Part shown: positions 33,813-44,000 of the stretch, piece after piece | Layout of the letters: the number at the start of each line of letters is the position of its first letter | Numbering within the stretch: the first letter of the stretch is position 1 | Origin: Albugo candida | Lineage: Eukaryota | Assembly: GCA_040437565.1 (NCBI GenBank) | Contig: JBDOQK010000039.1 | Span: 186,001 to 250,000 of the forward strand | DNA: 64,000 bases | Direction of reading: 5' to 3' | The notes under the pieces: generated by a model | Told to the model about the DNA's origin: nothing | Databases searched by the model: none | Seen by the model: only the letters and a program-made list of their open reading frames with translations | Program-made: the position numbers and the translations under genes

Positions 33813-36117
33813 ATGAATATGTCCAATGCGGAGGCAAACGAGCTTGTCCCAATTCTCCATAGATCATCCTTTGTATACTTTATCGCCGGGATCATTGGAT
33901 TCATATTTTATGCGTTCATTATCTGTACATATAAGCGTATTCCTTCCATCAGCGCTCATCATCCCGCAGCCAACATCATTATATGGCACACAGGATGCGG
34001 TCTTATGCTAATGTCTAGCTTCATTGCATATTTTCTGGCTGAGGTGTGTCATTATCGCTCTCGATGCGGCGAACCCTTTCTGTATGCATTTTAATGACAG
34101 AATGCGATCGACGCGATGCCTGTTTTGACACCGCTTAGGAGCTCTCTCTGTCAGTATTTTGGACCATGGAATCAGGTAATCGCTTCTTTAGTTCGGGATG
34201 TTTTGAGCTCAGACTGATTTGATACCCGGATTCAGTTCTTCCTCTTGGGCAGTACATTGTGGTATCTGATGCTGGCAGTCGATCTTTTATTGGCACTCTT
34301 CAACCCCTGGATCGGATATACATGCAAAGCATGGGTCTACCACATTATGTAAGCCATTAGTCTGTACGTGTCGACGCTTTTTTGTCACACGAAGTGTCCA
34401 TAGAGCGTGGGGACTAAGCAGTTCATCAGCAGCTTGGATGATCGTAACAAACAATGCAAGCTTATGCACGATAAATGTGTGCTGGATACGCAAAACGAGT
34501 ACTTCCGAGCAAGTGAATGTGGCGCATTGGATCCTCCTATTTGGTCACATTATTTTCACTTGGCTCTTCTCTTTTATTGTGTTGATGCTGGCAAGCATTC
34601 GATTCGCGCAGCGTCAATTGGATGTCACGTATAGAGCTAAACGTCGAAGTTTATTGCAATATTATCGCTACCTGTTGCTATATGGTGCGCATTGGACCGC
34701 CTTTGGGTCTATATACTATGAATATCATCACCATTTCGTTGGAGATTATCGCAGTCAAAGGCGCACTTTAGTCGCATTGGTGGTAGTATTTGCCTCGTAT
34801 CCTGTTTTATTGTCTATTGTTTGGATCGTCAACACTGATTTATTCCAACATTGTGCCAATGATAACACTCCTCCACGAGCGGACAACAAAAAACGAGACG
34901 CATTTACAAGCACAGAACATTTTAGTGCTGCTCTTAGAAAAGATTTAATGCGGTACACTACGACGGGAATTCGCTGCAGTTTGCGTGGAGATTCAGTGGA
35001 TGCCGTCTCTAGATCATCCAGGCTTTCAGAACATGAGTTGGAAACCGGGCCTTTGCTTTCCCCTTTGCCGACCAGTTCGACTGATTTGTACCATGAAAAA
35101 AAGCGTGTGGCAGCCACGATCTACAATGTAGAATATCGGTTTTATGAAAAGCTTGGATTCACCGATTATGCGCCTCGTATCTTTCAAAGTATACGAGAAC
35201 TCAGTGGCATCCGGCATGATTTGTATGAACAATCGTTTGCAGACACGCTGCTGGAAAGAGCTTCCGAAGGAAAATCAGGAATGCTATTTTACTTCACAAC
35301 AGATCGACGCTATCTCGTGAAGACTATGACGAAGACGGAACACAAATTTCTCCTAAAAATATTGCCAGTGTATCATCAGTACATTATGAAGCAGCCGAAA
35401 TCATTGTTATGTCGATTCCTCGGGTGTCATTCCATGCAGCTTCCGGTGGGATGGAATACAATGTTTTTTGTGGTCATGGAAAATGTAATGGGCGGTGGTA
35501 AGGTGCACGAGCGATATGACCTGAAAGGTATCGTTTCGGCGGCTTTCAAGAAACAAGATTGTATACGTCAACAGCCATTAATGGAAGCGAGAATACAACT
35601 GTCTCCGGCACCCTCCATCGAGTCCTCTCCAATCCTGTCAAGGACGAGCTCCGAGGTCCACTTGGGTCGAGATCAAGAGCTTTTATCGCGGCACGTTGCC
35701 CTCAACGTGAATGCATCGATCCGAGCAAATTTCTCCCGTCAAATTATTAGCGACTGCGGGTTCCTACAAAGGCTGGGTATCATGGACTACAGCTGCTTGC
35801 TGGGCATACGGCATTACAGTAAGCCGCTCCAAGTAGTCGAACTTGCTGGTTTACCGAGAAATGCTCTTATTTCTGTCGACTGTCGTTCTGTATATTATGT
35901 TGGCTTTATTGACATTCTCCAATATTACAACAGCGGATGGAAATGTCAGCGTGCTGTTTTATCACTCCTAATGAATCCAACTGAAATAACTGCATTACCA
36001 CCAGCAGAGTATGCGCTGCGCTTCTTACAATTCATCCACGATCATCTGCTGAACGACGTATATGCAACGACGCCCCGGCAATCGTATGGTAGTTTTGCCA
36101 ATTGTGAACACGAATGA
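33813..36117 (+). CDS. GPCR-PIPK: N-terminal multi-TM receptor-like domain fused to a PIP5-kinase domain
   Basis: Hydrophobic TM segments in the spliced 5' exons; FTDYAPRIF, SEGKSGMLFYFTTDRRYLVKT, YDLKG, MDYS, IDILQ. Confidence 0.88.
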
Positions 36118-36816
36118 ACAAACGCTCTGCCGTATCGCATCTCATTAGTGGACCCAAGCGCACCAAAGGAAAGGCTACTCATCACAAGCAGGCTTACCCA
36201 TGACGCGACCATCACTCCTTTACGTCGAATCTTCTGCAGTTAATCTCGAGGAATGAGGAACTACATACGATGTTCTGACGTCCTAGATTCGAGCTGGAAA
36301 GAAGGTCAAAAATAGAATTTCTCTTGATGTCGCATACGATCATTTTTCCATCATTACTGCCGCTTGCGTATAAGAAACTTTCTTTTCTAAACATATTGTC
36401 GAACCAGAAAATCGATAATTTCGTACTTTACTGTGCGTCTTCTGCTGTAGAACTTTCATGGAGCTTGTACTTTGCTCTAACGTATTTCACAATTTTACAC
36501 GCACATACAACGTGAAAAATGANNNNNNNNNNNNNNNNNNNNNNNNNNNNNNNNNNNNNNNNNNNNNNNNNNNNNNNNNNNNNNNNNNNNNNNNNNNNNN
36601 NNNNNNNNNNNNNNNNNNNNNNTGATGTCGCATACGATCATTTTTCCATCATTACTGCCGCTTGCGTATAAGAAACTTTCTTTTCTAAACATATTGTCGA
36701 ACCAGAAAATCGATAATTTCGTACTTTACTGTGCGTCTTCTGCTGTAGAACTTTCATGGAGCTTGTACTTTGCTCTAACGTATTTCACAATTTTACACGC
36801 ACATACAACGTGAAAA

Positions 36817-38352
36817 ATGAGTGATCAGATTTCTAGTAGGCAGATTGTAGTCGAGGATACTGCTCGTGCACCGTATCACTCGATCGCGACGCCATCCATC
36901 CAAGAGAAACAGCATCTACAACACGAAGAAAGCGATGACGATTTTCGTCCAATTGTCCAGCATATCAACACCGATGTCAATGAATTTGATCGAGCTACAG
37001 AAATCCGTTTTTTAAGCTTAAAACGCCCACACATGCGCTTGTTCCATACGTCATGGTTCTCTGCACTGTTCGGCTTTCTCGGATGGTACAGCATTCCGCC
37101 TTTGATGCCAGTAATTCGGAATACGTTGGCTTTGACAGATACGCAAGTGCTGAATTCAGACATTGCCAGTACAGCCAGCACCATCATTACTCGAATTGCC
37201 GTTGGACCTCTGCTGGATAAGTATGGACCTCGTGACGTACAAAGCGTGTTACTATGGCTTGGAGCCATTCCGATCGCTTCTGCGGCCTTTGTAACATCGG
37301 CCACTGGTCTCACAATTGTCCGATTTTTCATCGGATTTATCGGATGTATATTCGTGTCGAACCAGTATTGGACAACAATCTCGTTTGCCAGGAATGTGGT
37401 TGGCACCGCAAATGCTATCGTCGCTGGGTTCTCTGTTGCTGGAATCGGATTAGCTTTTTTGATATTACCTTATGTCAATATCGCGCTGGAAAGTAGTTCT
37501 TCTATTTCGGAAGATCTCGCATGGAGACTCACGATCGCTCTTCCGGCATTGTTTCTCGTTATAATGGGATTTCTCACTCGTTATGGGTCCGATTCGAGTC
37601 CATTGGGCAATTGGAAGTCTTATTTGGAAGCAAAGCAAAAGGAATCCCAAGGACATCCAAAAATTGGGTTGCTTCAAGCCTACAAGATTTGTCTGTCTGA
37701 TTCCAATACACTGATTCTAATCGCTCATTACGCCATGTGCTTTGGATGCGAATTGCAGCTGAACAATATGGGTGCTTTATATTTCTACGAAGAATTTCTA
37801 CATCCATCTTGTCCTCAAGATATACGCGTCAATGATGTAGAGAGTTGTCATCGATTGTCCAAGACACAAGCAGCAACAATTGCATCTTTATTCGGCTTGA
37901 TGAATCTATTCTCTCGTGGTGGTGGAGGATTATTATCCGACAAGGTTAATAGTCGTTTTGGAATGAAAGGGAGGCTTTGGATCCAAGCCGCGTTGATCCT
38001 TTCTCAAAGCTGTTTTGTGCTTCTTTTGAGTCGTACATCGTCACTTGGTATCTGCATCCTCCTCTACATCCTTGTCGCTATCTTTGCACAGGCGACAGGC
38101 GGATCCACGTACAGCATTGTCCCTTATCTGAGCGATGCATTCACCGGTGTTGTGGCCGGGCTCATCGGTGCAGGAGGAAATTTGGGAGGCGTTATTTTTG
38201 GCTTTCTATTTCGCAGCGTACAAGATCGTCAGACCGGTCTCCTGTATATGAGCTTTATTATCGCAGTCAGCTCGATCCTAACAGCCGGGCTTTCATTCAA
38301 ATCAAAACTTCCGCCTTCAGCAGCGACCGGAATGGGTAGAACATCGATTTAA
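36817..38352 (+). CDS. NRT2: NRT2/NNP-family nitrate/nitrite transporter-like MFS protein
   Basis: RPHMRLFHTSW, RIAVGPLLDKYGPR, VGTANAIVAG, YAMCFGCEL, FGLMNLFSRGGGGLLSD, GLIGAGGNLGG. Confidence 0.9.
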   Translation: MSDQISSRQIVVEDTARAPYHSIATPSIQEKQHLQHEESDDDFRPIVQHINTDVNEFDRATEIRFLSLKRPHMRLFHTSWFSALFGFLGWYSIPPLMPVIRNTLALTDTQVLNSDIASTASTIITRIAVGPLLDKYGPRDVQSVLLWLGAIPIASAAFVTSATGLTIVRFFIGFIGCIFVSNQYWTTISFARNVVGTANAIVAGFSVAGIGLAFLILPYVNIALESSSSISEDLAWRLTIALPALFLVIMGFLTRYGSDSSPLGNWKSYLEAKQKESQGHPKIGLLQAYKICLSDSNTLILIAHYAMCFGCELQLNNMGALYFYEEFLHPSCPQDIRVNDVESCHRLSKTQAATIASLFGLMNLFSRGGGGLLSDKVNSRFGMKGRLWIQAALILSQSCFVLLLSRTSSLGICILLYILVAIFAQATGGSTYSIVPYLSDAFTGVVAGLIGAGGNLGGVIFGFLFRSVQDRQTGLLYMSFIIAVSSILTAGLSFKSKLPPSAATGMGRTSI

Positions 38353-38429
38353 TCAACAAGGTTAAATGCAGAATGGACATATCCTTATAGCTGACCATCG
38401 CTACTTCTTCATGTCCGATGGAAAGCCTC

Positions 38430-40643
38430 TCACGCAGCTTTCGTCGTATTGGCATCTTTGGCGTGCTCTGTAAGAATACTCGAGACCGTGTCAGCCAGCC
38501 TCTTGATGATCGAGTATTGCGAATTGGTCACAGTCCGAGTCTTTGAATCAAAGCAACACAATGCACCGACAACGATTCCTTCGTCAGACGTAATCGGATA
38601 GCCAAAATAAAAGTGTATGACATTTTTGACTGCATTTTCAAAGTCTTTGAATCGAATATCGGCTGAGGTCGAAGGCACCAATAACGGTTTCGGTGGATTG
38701 TCCATAAGAATGTGCGAGCAAATGGACTGATCTCGAGGCATAACCACATCGTGAAAGGCAGGCTTATTCGAGACGACAATATGCTGTTCTTGAGCGTCCA
38801 AAATTGTGATCGCACCAGCTTCACATTGCATCTCTTTAGCCGCTAATCCGCAAAGAATCTTCAATTCTTCCAAATCCCCAGCAAAGTCTCGGAAACAATG
38901 CTTGCGAATCAAATCAACACGGTCTTGTTCATTTGAAGGCACAGGATGCGCAGGGACTTTTGTATCGCTGTTCCGATTCCGATAGTCGATAGGATAATTT
39001 CGTGATTTGGGAAAAGCAAGGCTGCAATCTTTAACGGATAAATCGTCCACTAGCGCTCGATTTTGCAATACTTCTCTCAGACTCTCAGACTCATTATTAT
39101 CAGCGTCGGCTGTAGCGCCCAACGATGCAAGCCTTTGCGTCAAAGCTTCATCCTCTTCAGGCGAATGATTCTGCTTGTCAAAGGCCAACATAGACTTGAT
39201 CACAATCATCAGAGCGTCCTTTTTTGTGTCATCTACGTTGTCGTATGCTTCTTGCAGCATGTCGACCATAAGGGAAGCACTGGATGTGCCTCGTTCAAGC
39301 ATAGCTTCAATGGATGGAGTTCCATGAACCACACCGTCCAGTGAGTCATAATCACATTCGTCCACAAGCTGTAGACATCGTTCGCACACCCTAATGGAAG
39401 AGATAATGTCATTAATTTGTACATGGTCCATCGTCGAACAGGCTTCGCAGATAGCATTTCCACACAAATTGCATTGTTTTTGCTTCGATCCAAACATGCT
39501 CAGGCGCTTTGTACAGCACGTGCAATATCTGTTTCGGGTCTTGAACGCATTAATATCGGCAAAGATCTGAAACCCGAGACGACGACGTCGAATGACTTCT
39601 GGAAGGCGTGTAGTACCTTGAGCCATTTGGAGCATATGGATCTTACTTTTACCCACGGAATCAGCGACATCCGATTTGTTTTTTTCTCCAGAACGATACC
39701 ATCGCACTTTTTCTGCGGTACAGCGCGCATAGAACTGAACACGAACGGATCGGAGACTGTTTTCCTCTTCTCGAACAAGGTAGCCGCCATAGATCCCTCG
39801 ACGTTGACCCAATTTGCTCGGTTTTGACTTCCTTACTGCCGATTTTTTATCGCTGGGTGCGGTCCCCGACTCCGAGATGCCGTCATCCTCAGTGTTTACG
39901 GTGGCGAAAAGATTTGCAAAACCTGGACATCCGTTCTTTTGACCTTCTAAATCTTCGTCGCACACGAAATCAAGATACCTCCATTCTTCATTCCGCGACA
40001 AAAAGTATGGTCTCGTCCATCGACACGAACGAACAAATACGTCACATTTTTCGTCCAGCGTTTCGGGGTCTTGATTTTCTTGAACGCTGTTGCTCGTCTT
40101 CAGGCCAATGATTTCGGACTGGTGCACAAATCCATGGATGTATCGATCACCAAACATCGCGGTCATAAGAGCATTAAAGGTCGCATCTGTAGGAGCACGA
40201 AGTGTGTGTTTCATTTCTGTGACCGAGCAGTTTTTCACGGTGCCATAAACCAAAACATGGAAGACTCGCTGCTTTTCTTGGCTTTCTTGGCTCGTGAACA
40301 TGGCAAAACCGTTCACATTACTTTGCCATTTCCAATCAAACAAAGTCGGTGCTGCACAAAGTGCATTGAAATTCAGCTTGTCATAGGCTGTGCTCACACA
40401 TTCCGTGATGACGTGCGGCATGCATCGAAAACTTCGGGCTGAGACCTCATTGCGAGCTGGATTGGAGTCTTCTCGATAGACACGATGACTTCGATAGTCT
40501 TCAAGACGACGTTGAGCGTCACTTACTGGATATTCAGAGATTTCTTCTTCGGAGCCGGCTACGGATGGGCAAAAGGAGGTACGAGTTGAAGACCTCATGG
40601 TGTATGACCGTTTTGGAACGAGCTCCGATCTCGAAAGCTTCAT
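38430..40643 (-). CDS. FYVE-like zinc finger + GAF domain protein (oomycete-type architecture)
   Basis: CTCC..CNLCGNAICEAC..RVCERC; C-terminal GAF (PSNEQDR..SICSHIL..ADIRF..FYFGYPI..GALCCFD). Confidence 0.85.
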   Translation of the reverse strand: MKLSRSELVPKRSYTMRSSTRTSFCPSVAGSEEEISEYPVSDAQRRLEDYRSHRVYREDSNPARNEVSARSFRCMPHVITECVSTAYDKLNFNALCAAPTLFDWKWQSNVNGFAMFTSQESQEKQRVFHVLVYGTVKNCSVTEMKHTLRAPTDATFNALMTAMFGDRYIHGFVHQSEIIGLKTSNSVQENQDPETLDEKCDVFVRSCRWTRPYFLSRNEEWRYLDFVCDEDLEGQKNGCPGFANLFATVNTEDDGISESGTAPSDKKSAVRKSKPSKLGQRRGIYGGYLVREEENSLRSVRVQFYARCTAEKVRWYRSGEKNKSDVADSVGKSKIHMLQMAQGTTRLPEVIRRRRLGFQIFADINAFKTRNRYCTCCTKRLSMFGSKQKQCNLCGNAICEACSTMDHVQINDIISSIRVCERCLQLVDECDYDSLDGVVHGTPSIEAMLERGTSSASLMVDMLQEAYDNVDDTKKDALMIVIKSMLAFDKQNHSPEEDEALTQRLASLGATADADNNESESLREVLQNRALVDDLSVKDCSLAFPKSRNYPIDYRNRNSDTKVPAHPVPSNEQDRVDLIRKHCFRDFAGDLEELKILCGLAAKEMQCEAGAITILDAQEQHIVVSNKPAFHDVVMPRDQSICSHILMDNPPKPLLVPSTSADIRFKDFENAVKNVIHFYFGYPITSDEGIVVGALCCFDSKTRTVTNSQYSIIKRLADTVSSILTEHAKDANTTKAA

Positions 40644-41019
40644 GAGTCGCTTACGTTTGTTTTTATTGTCACGCGGAGTGCTGTTTTCTCAACAAAGAGG
40701 CAGATGTCTCGCACGTCTCTTCCTTTTTTAGAATTCTCTTCCAACGTGTCACAAGTATCAGAGGTTCGCTCAGCAGTGCGTGGGTCCATACGTTTCCTGA
40801 ATTATCGACTGCACGGACCCTGGAGGCATCGAGGCTTTTTTTTAATCTCACTAACAAATAAAGCAATTTCTGTGTGGAGAGGTTCCTGAGCTCTGCGTGA
40901 TATTAAGACTATCTCGATACAAAAGTGGATGACTGTAGACTGATTCTCCAAGGTCCATGCGGAGTGCTCCACTGGAGCCTTATTCGTCGGGAGCGCATTA
41001 GCTCCGATATAAATAGAAA

Positions 41020-44000
41020 ATGGACGGCACCCAAGAGCGTTTGCAACGCGATGCGTCCGACCATGAGTCTCTGGGGCAATCTCCAGCATCTGAGGAGCCT
41101 AAGCCGAGTCCAGTAAGCTCTCAGGATCCGCATGATCTATTACTGCCCGAGGGAGAAAACCTCATTGGTCTTACTTCACACATCATCAACCAAACCTTCC
41201 AGGCTTTGTACCCCGTGAGTACCGAGACATTTGCTGAGGCAGCTCATAAAGGTTCATCAATTGAGAAGGATGATATACTATCCGATGATACTACCGATGC
41301 AAGTAGTAACGTGCCAATTTTTGAGACTATGTATGATTCTGATTGTAAAGTAAGAAGAGAGCAGATACATCAACGCTTTCAGAATCGCAAACTTGAGGCG
41401 GGACGTTTACTCGAATTGATAAAGGACCGAATGAAGACAGCTATGAGCAAAGATAGAGAAACGGAAGAGTACGCAGAGAAGATTGGGCTCGGTGACTCCG
41501 CGCAGATACTAATTGGTCCATTCGGGTATCAGCTCGAGTCCAAAGAGCTTGAGGATTTTCCTTCATCACTAACTGCTTGTCTTACAAACGCCAAAGGCTA
41601 CATACATAATTATCAAGTGAAGAAAGCCAAGCGAGCTGGAAATTCCGGGACAGATTCCTCGAACGGAACAGCGTCTCGCCCGGGCTCAATTGCCTTCAAG
41701 TCGATCCGTAAGATCAAAGCAAAAAAGTTTGATTGTAGCGATCCCGCAAGGGATGTATCCAATCGCTCAAAAATCAGTGTTAATCAGCAGCACACTGTTC
41801 CGATTATTACGTCCTCTCCTACGCGAATCAAACCAAATGAATTCACCAGAAGAGAAGGTAACTATACGCGGGAAATGATCAAAGCGACTTCCTCGCTCAA
41901 TAACGATCCTCTTTTCAGCGCAACTCCGAATCCCTTACGTTTCACTGAGTATAACGTCACGGGCTCTTACCATTTAATCGTTACCATCCGAAATATAAGT
42001 CGCTTAGGTCGACGATTACGAATTCTTGGACCACAGACTCGGTATTTTTCAATCGATAAGATCAAGTATCCGCGACCTCATGGAGGTGTTGTAGCACCTG
42101 GATTATACGTAGAACTTTGTGTCTGCTTCCATCCCGATTCTAGAGGCGAGTACCTGGATTCTTTGGGTGTGCAGTATGAGAGCGAACCAGGAGGTAGTAC
42201 TGTGAGCTTCCAGGTCCCAGTAATCGCATCTCGATCACCTCCAAAGCTATCGATTTCTGCCAGATTCAACGCATCCCCTTCACTGGTTGGAAGCTCGTCT
42301 ATCACTCGGTACACATGCCTGAATTCCGGAGGAACCGCTTCTTTTCGTCTTTTTACTCTCAAGAGATGGCGTGAGCTCGAGTTGGAAAAAGTTACGCCAC
42401 ACAGCTTCCTTTCCTTTTCTCAGTCGAGCAATGAAAGCTTTCGTTGTCGATACACAGCACTACTCGCTGAGAAAGAGACTGACAACACAGTTTGCGCAGA
42501 GCATTTCAAAGTATCTCCGAGTCATTTTTGTCTTTCGGAAGGCCAGCAAGTCGAATTGACAATTGAATTTTCACCCTTGCGAGCTGGCATCGACCAAGCA
42601 CAATTTATCATTCTCTGCGATAACTGCGTCGCCCAAGCAATTACGATCGAGGGAACCGGGTCATTTGTCAGTGTTCAATTTGGCAGAATAGATGACGATG
42701 GAACTATGAGCGAATCTGAACAATTCACTGACATACAATCGATATATTTCCCCCCGACTCTTATCGGGTTTGTTCCTAGTTCGTCACCAGCAAAAAAGCT
42801 TTTCAATGTGGTGAATAAGACTCCAATCGACCTGCTTTTCTCGTGGGAGATAATCGCAGTAAACGGACTGGAAATCGAGGATGGTCAAAAGTGCTTCCAA
42901 ATTCACCCTTCAGAAGGTGTACTCGGGAATGATACAACTAGCTTTCGATCAACGTTTACACCAGTGAAGCCGGGTACTTTTCGAGGGAAAGCTGTGCTTC
43001 GATTACATCAGATTCCTCCCCAAAGCATCAACGCCGATGTATATGATAAATCGCCATTAATTGATGTCAGAAGCCTGGAGCTTTCTCTAACCGGGGTGGG
43101 TCGAAGCGGGGAATTCGTCATAGAACCACAAGTGCTTTCAATCTCGATGCTAAAGCGTGGGAATGCTCCTGCATACAAGGTATCATTACGAAATGACCAG
43201 AGTGCCCATGTCGACTTTGCGTGGCGGCCCAAACTTACTATCAGGCGCCGTGGCCGCCGAGATAGGAAGCTAGACGATCAATACACTGAGATCTATAGCA
43301 AGCAGACTTCCAACCCAATTGACATCGTATTTGATCCTCCGAGTGGAAGGATCGAGGCACATTCTACCATATCAGTTTCTGTTCTTTTAACACCCACGTG
43401 GTCTGGTCCGTTTTCGATGGCTGTGTCATGCATCATTCCATCATTGACATCAAAACCCGCTTTTGAGCGCTGGCTGTTACTGGAAGGGTGTGTGGAGCAG
43501 CCACAAGTCAGTTTTTTGTTCCCGCATATCGATTTTGGTGTCATTGCATCAACGAGCATAAAGCAAACAATTTTGACACTTCGTAATGATTCCAAACTAG
43601 TAAAAGCAAGCTGGACACTCACTCATTCTGACCCTGTCACCTCTGCGGCTACCTCGACTAAATCGATAGAAAGCAAGCTTCACGATGAAAGTCTAAAAGA
43701 CACAGCAAACACTATGCGAGCATTTTTAAGATACCATCCGAATCAAGGTGTATTGCATCCTGGGATGACCACCGATATTGCAGTCGAATGTCACGGTGGA
43801 GCACAACCAGAGCTTTTTGAGGCATTGGTATCGTGTCAGCTCGAGCCCGAGACGTTATTCACCGGACAAATTGTCCAGAATTTCGCAAAAATCCGAGCTC
43901 GAGCAAGAATCGAAAGTCCAAATGTGTATGTGACACCTCAAACACTGCTTCTAGGGACTACTTACGTGGGTGACTCGGTGAAGAAGACACTGCTTCTAAC

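Noticed and set aside
36212-36394. YASGSNDGKMIVCDI, WD40-like fragment
   Set aside because: One isolated repeat-like string in a 60-aa ORF with no supporting exons.
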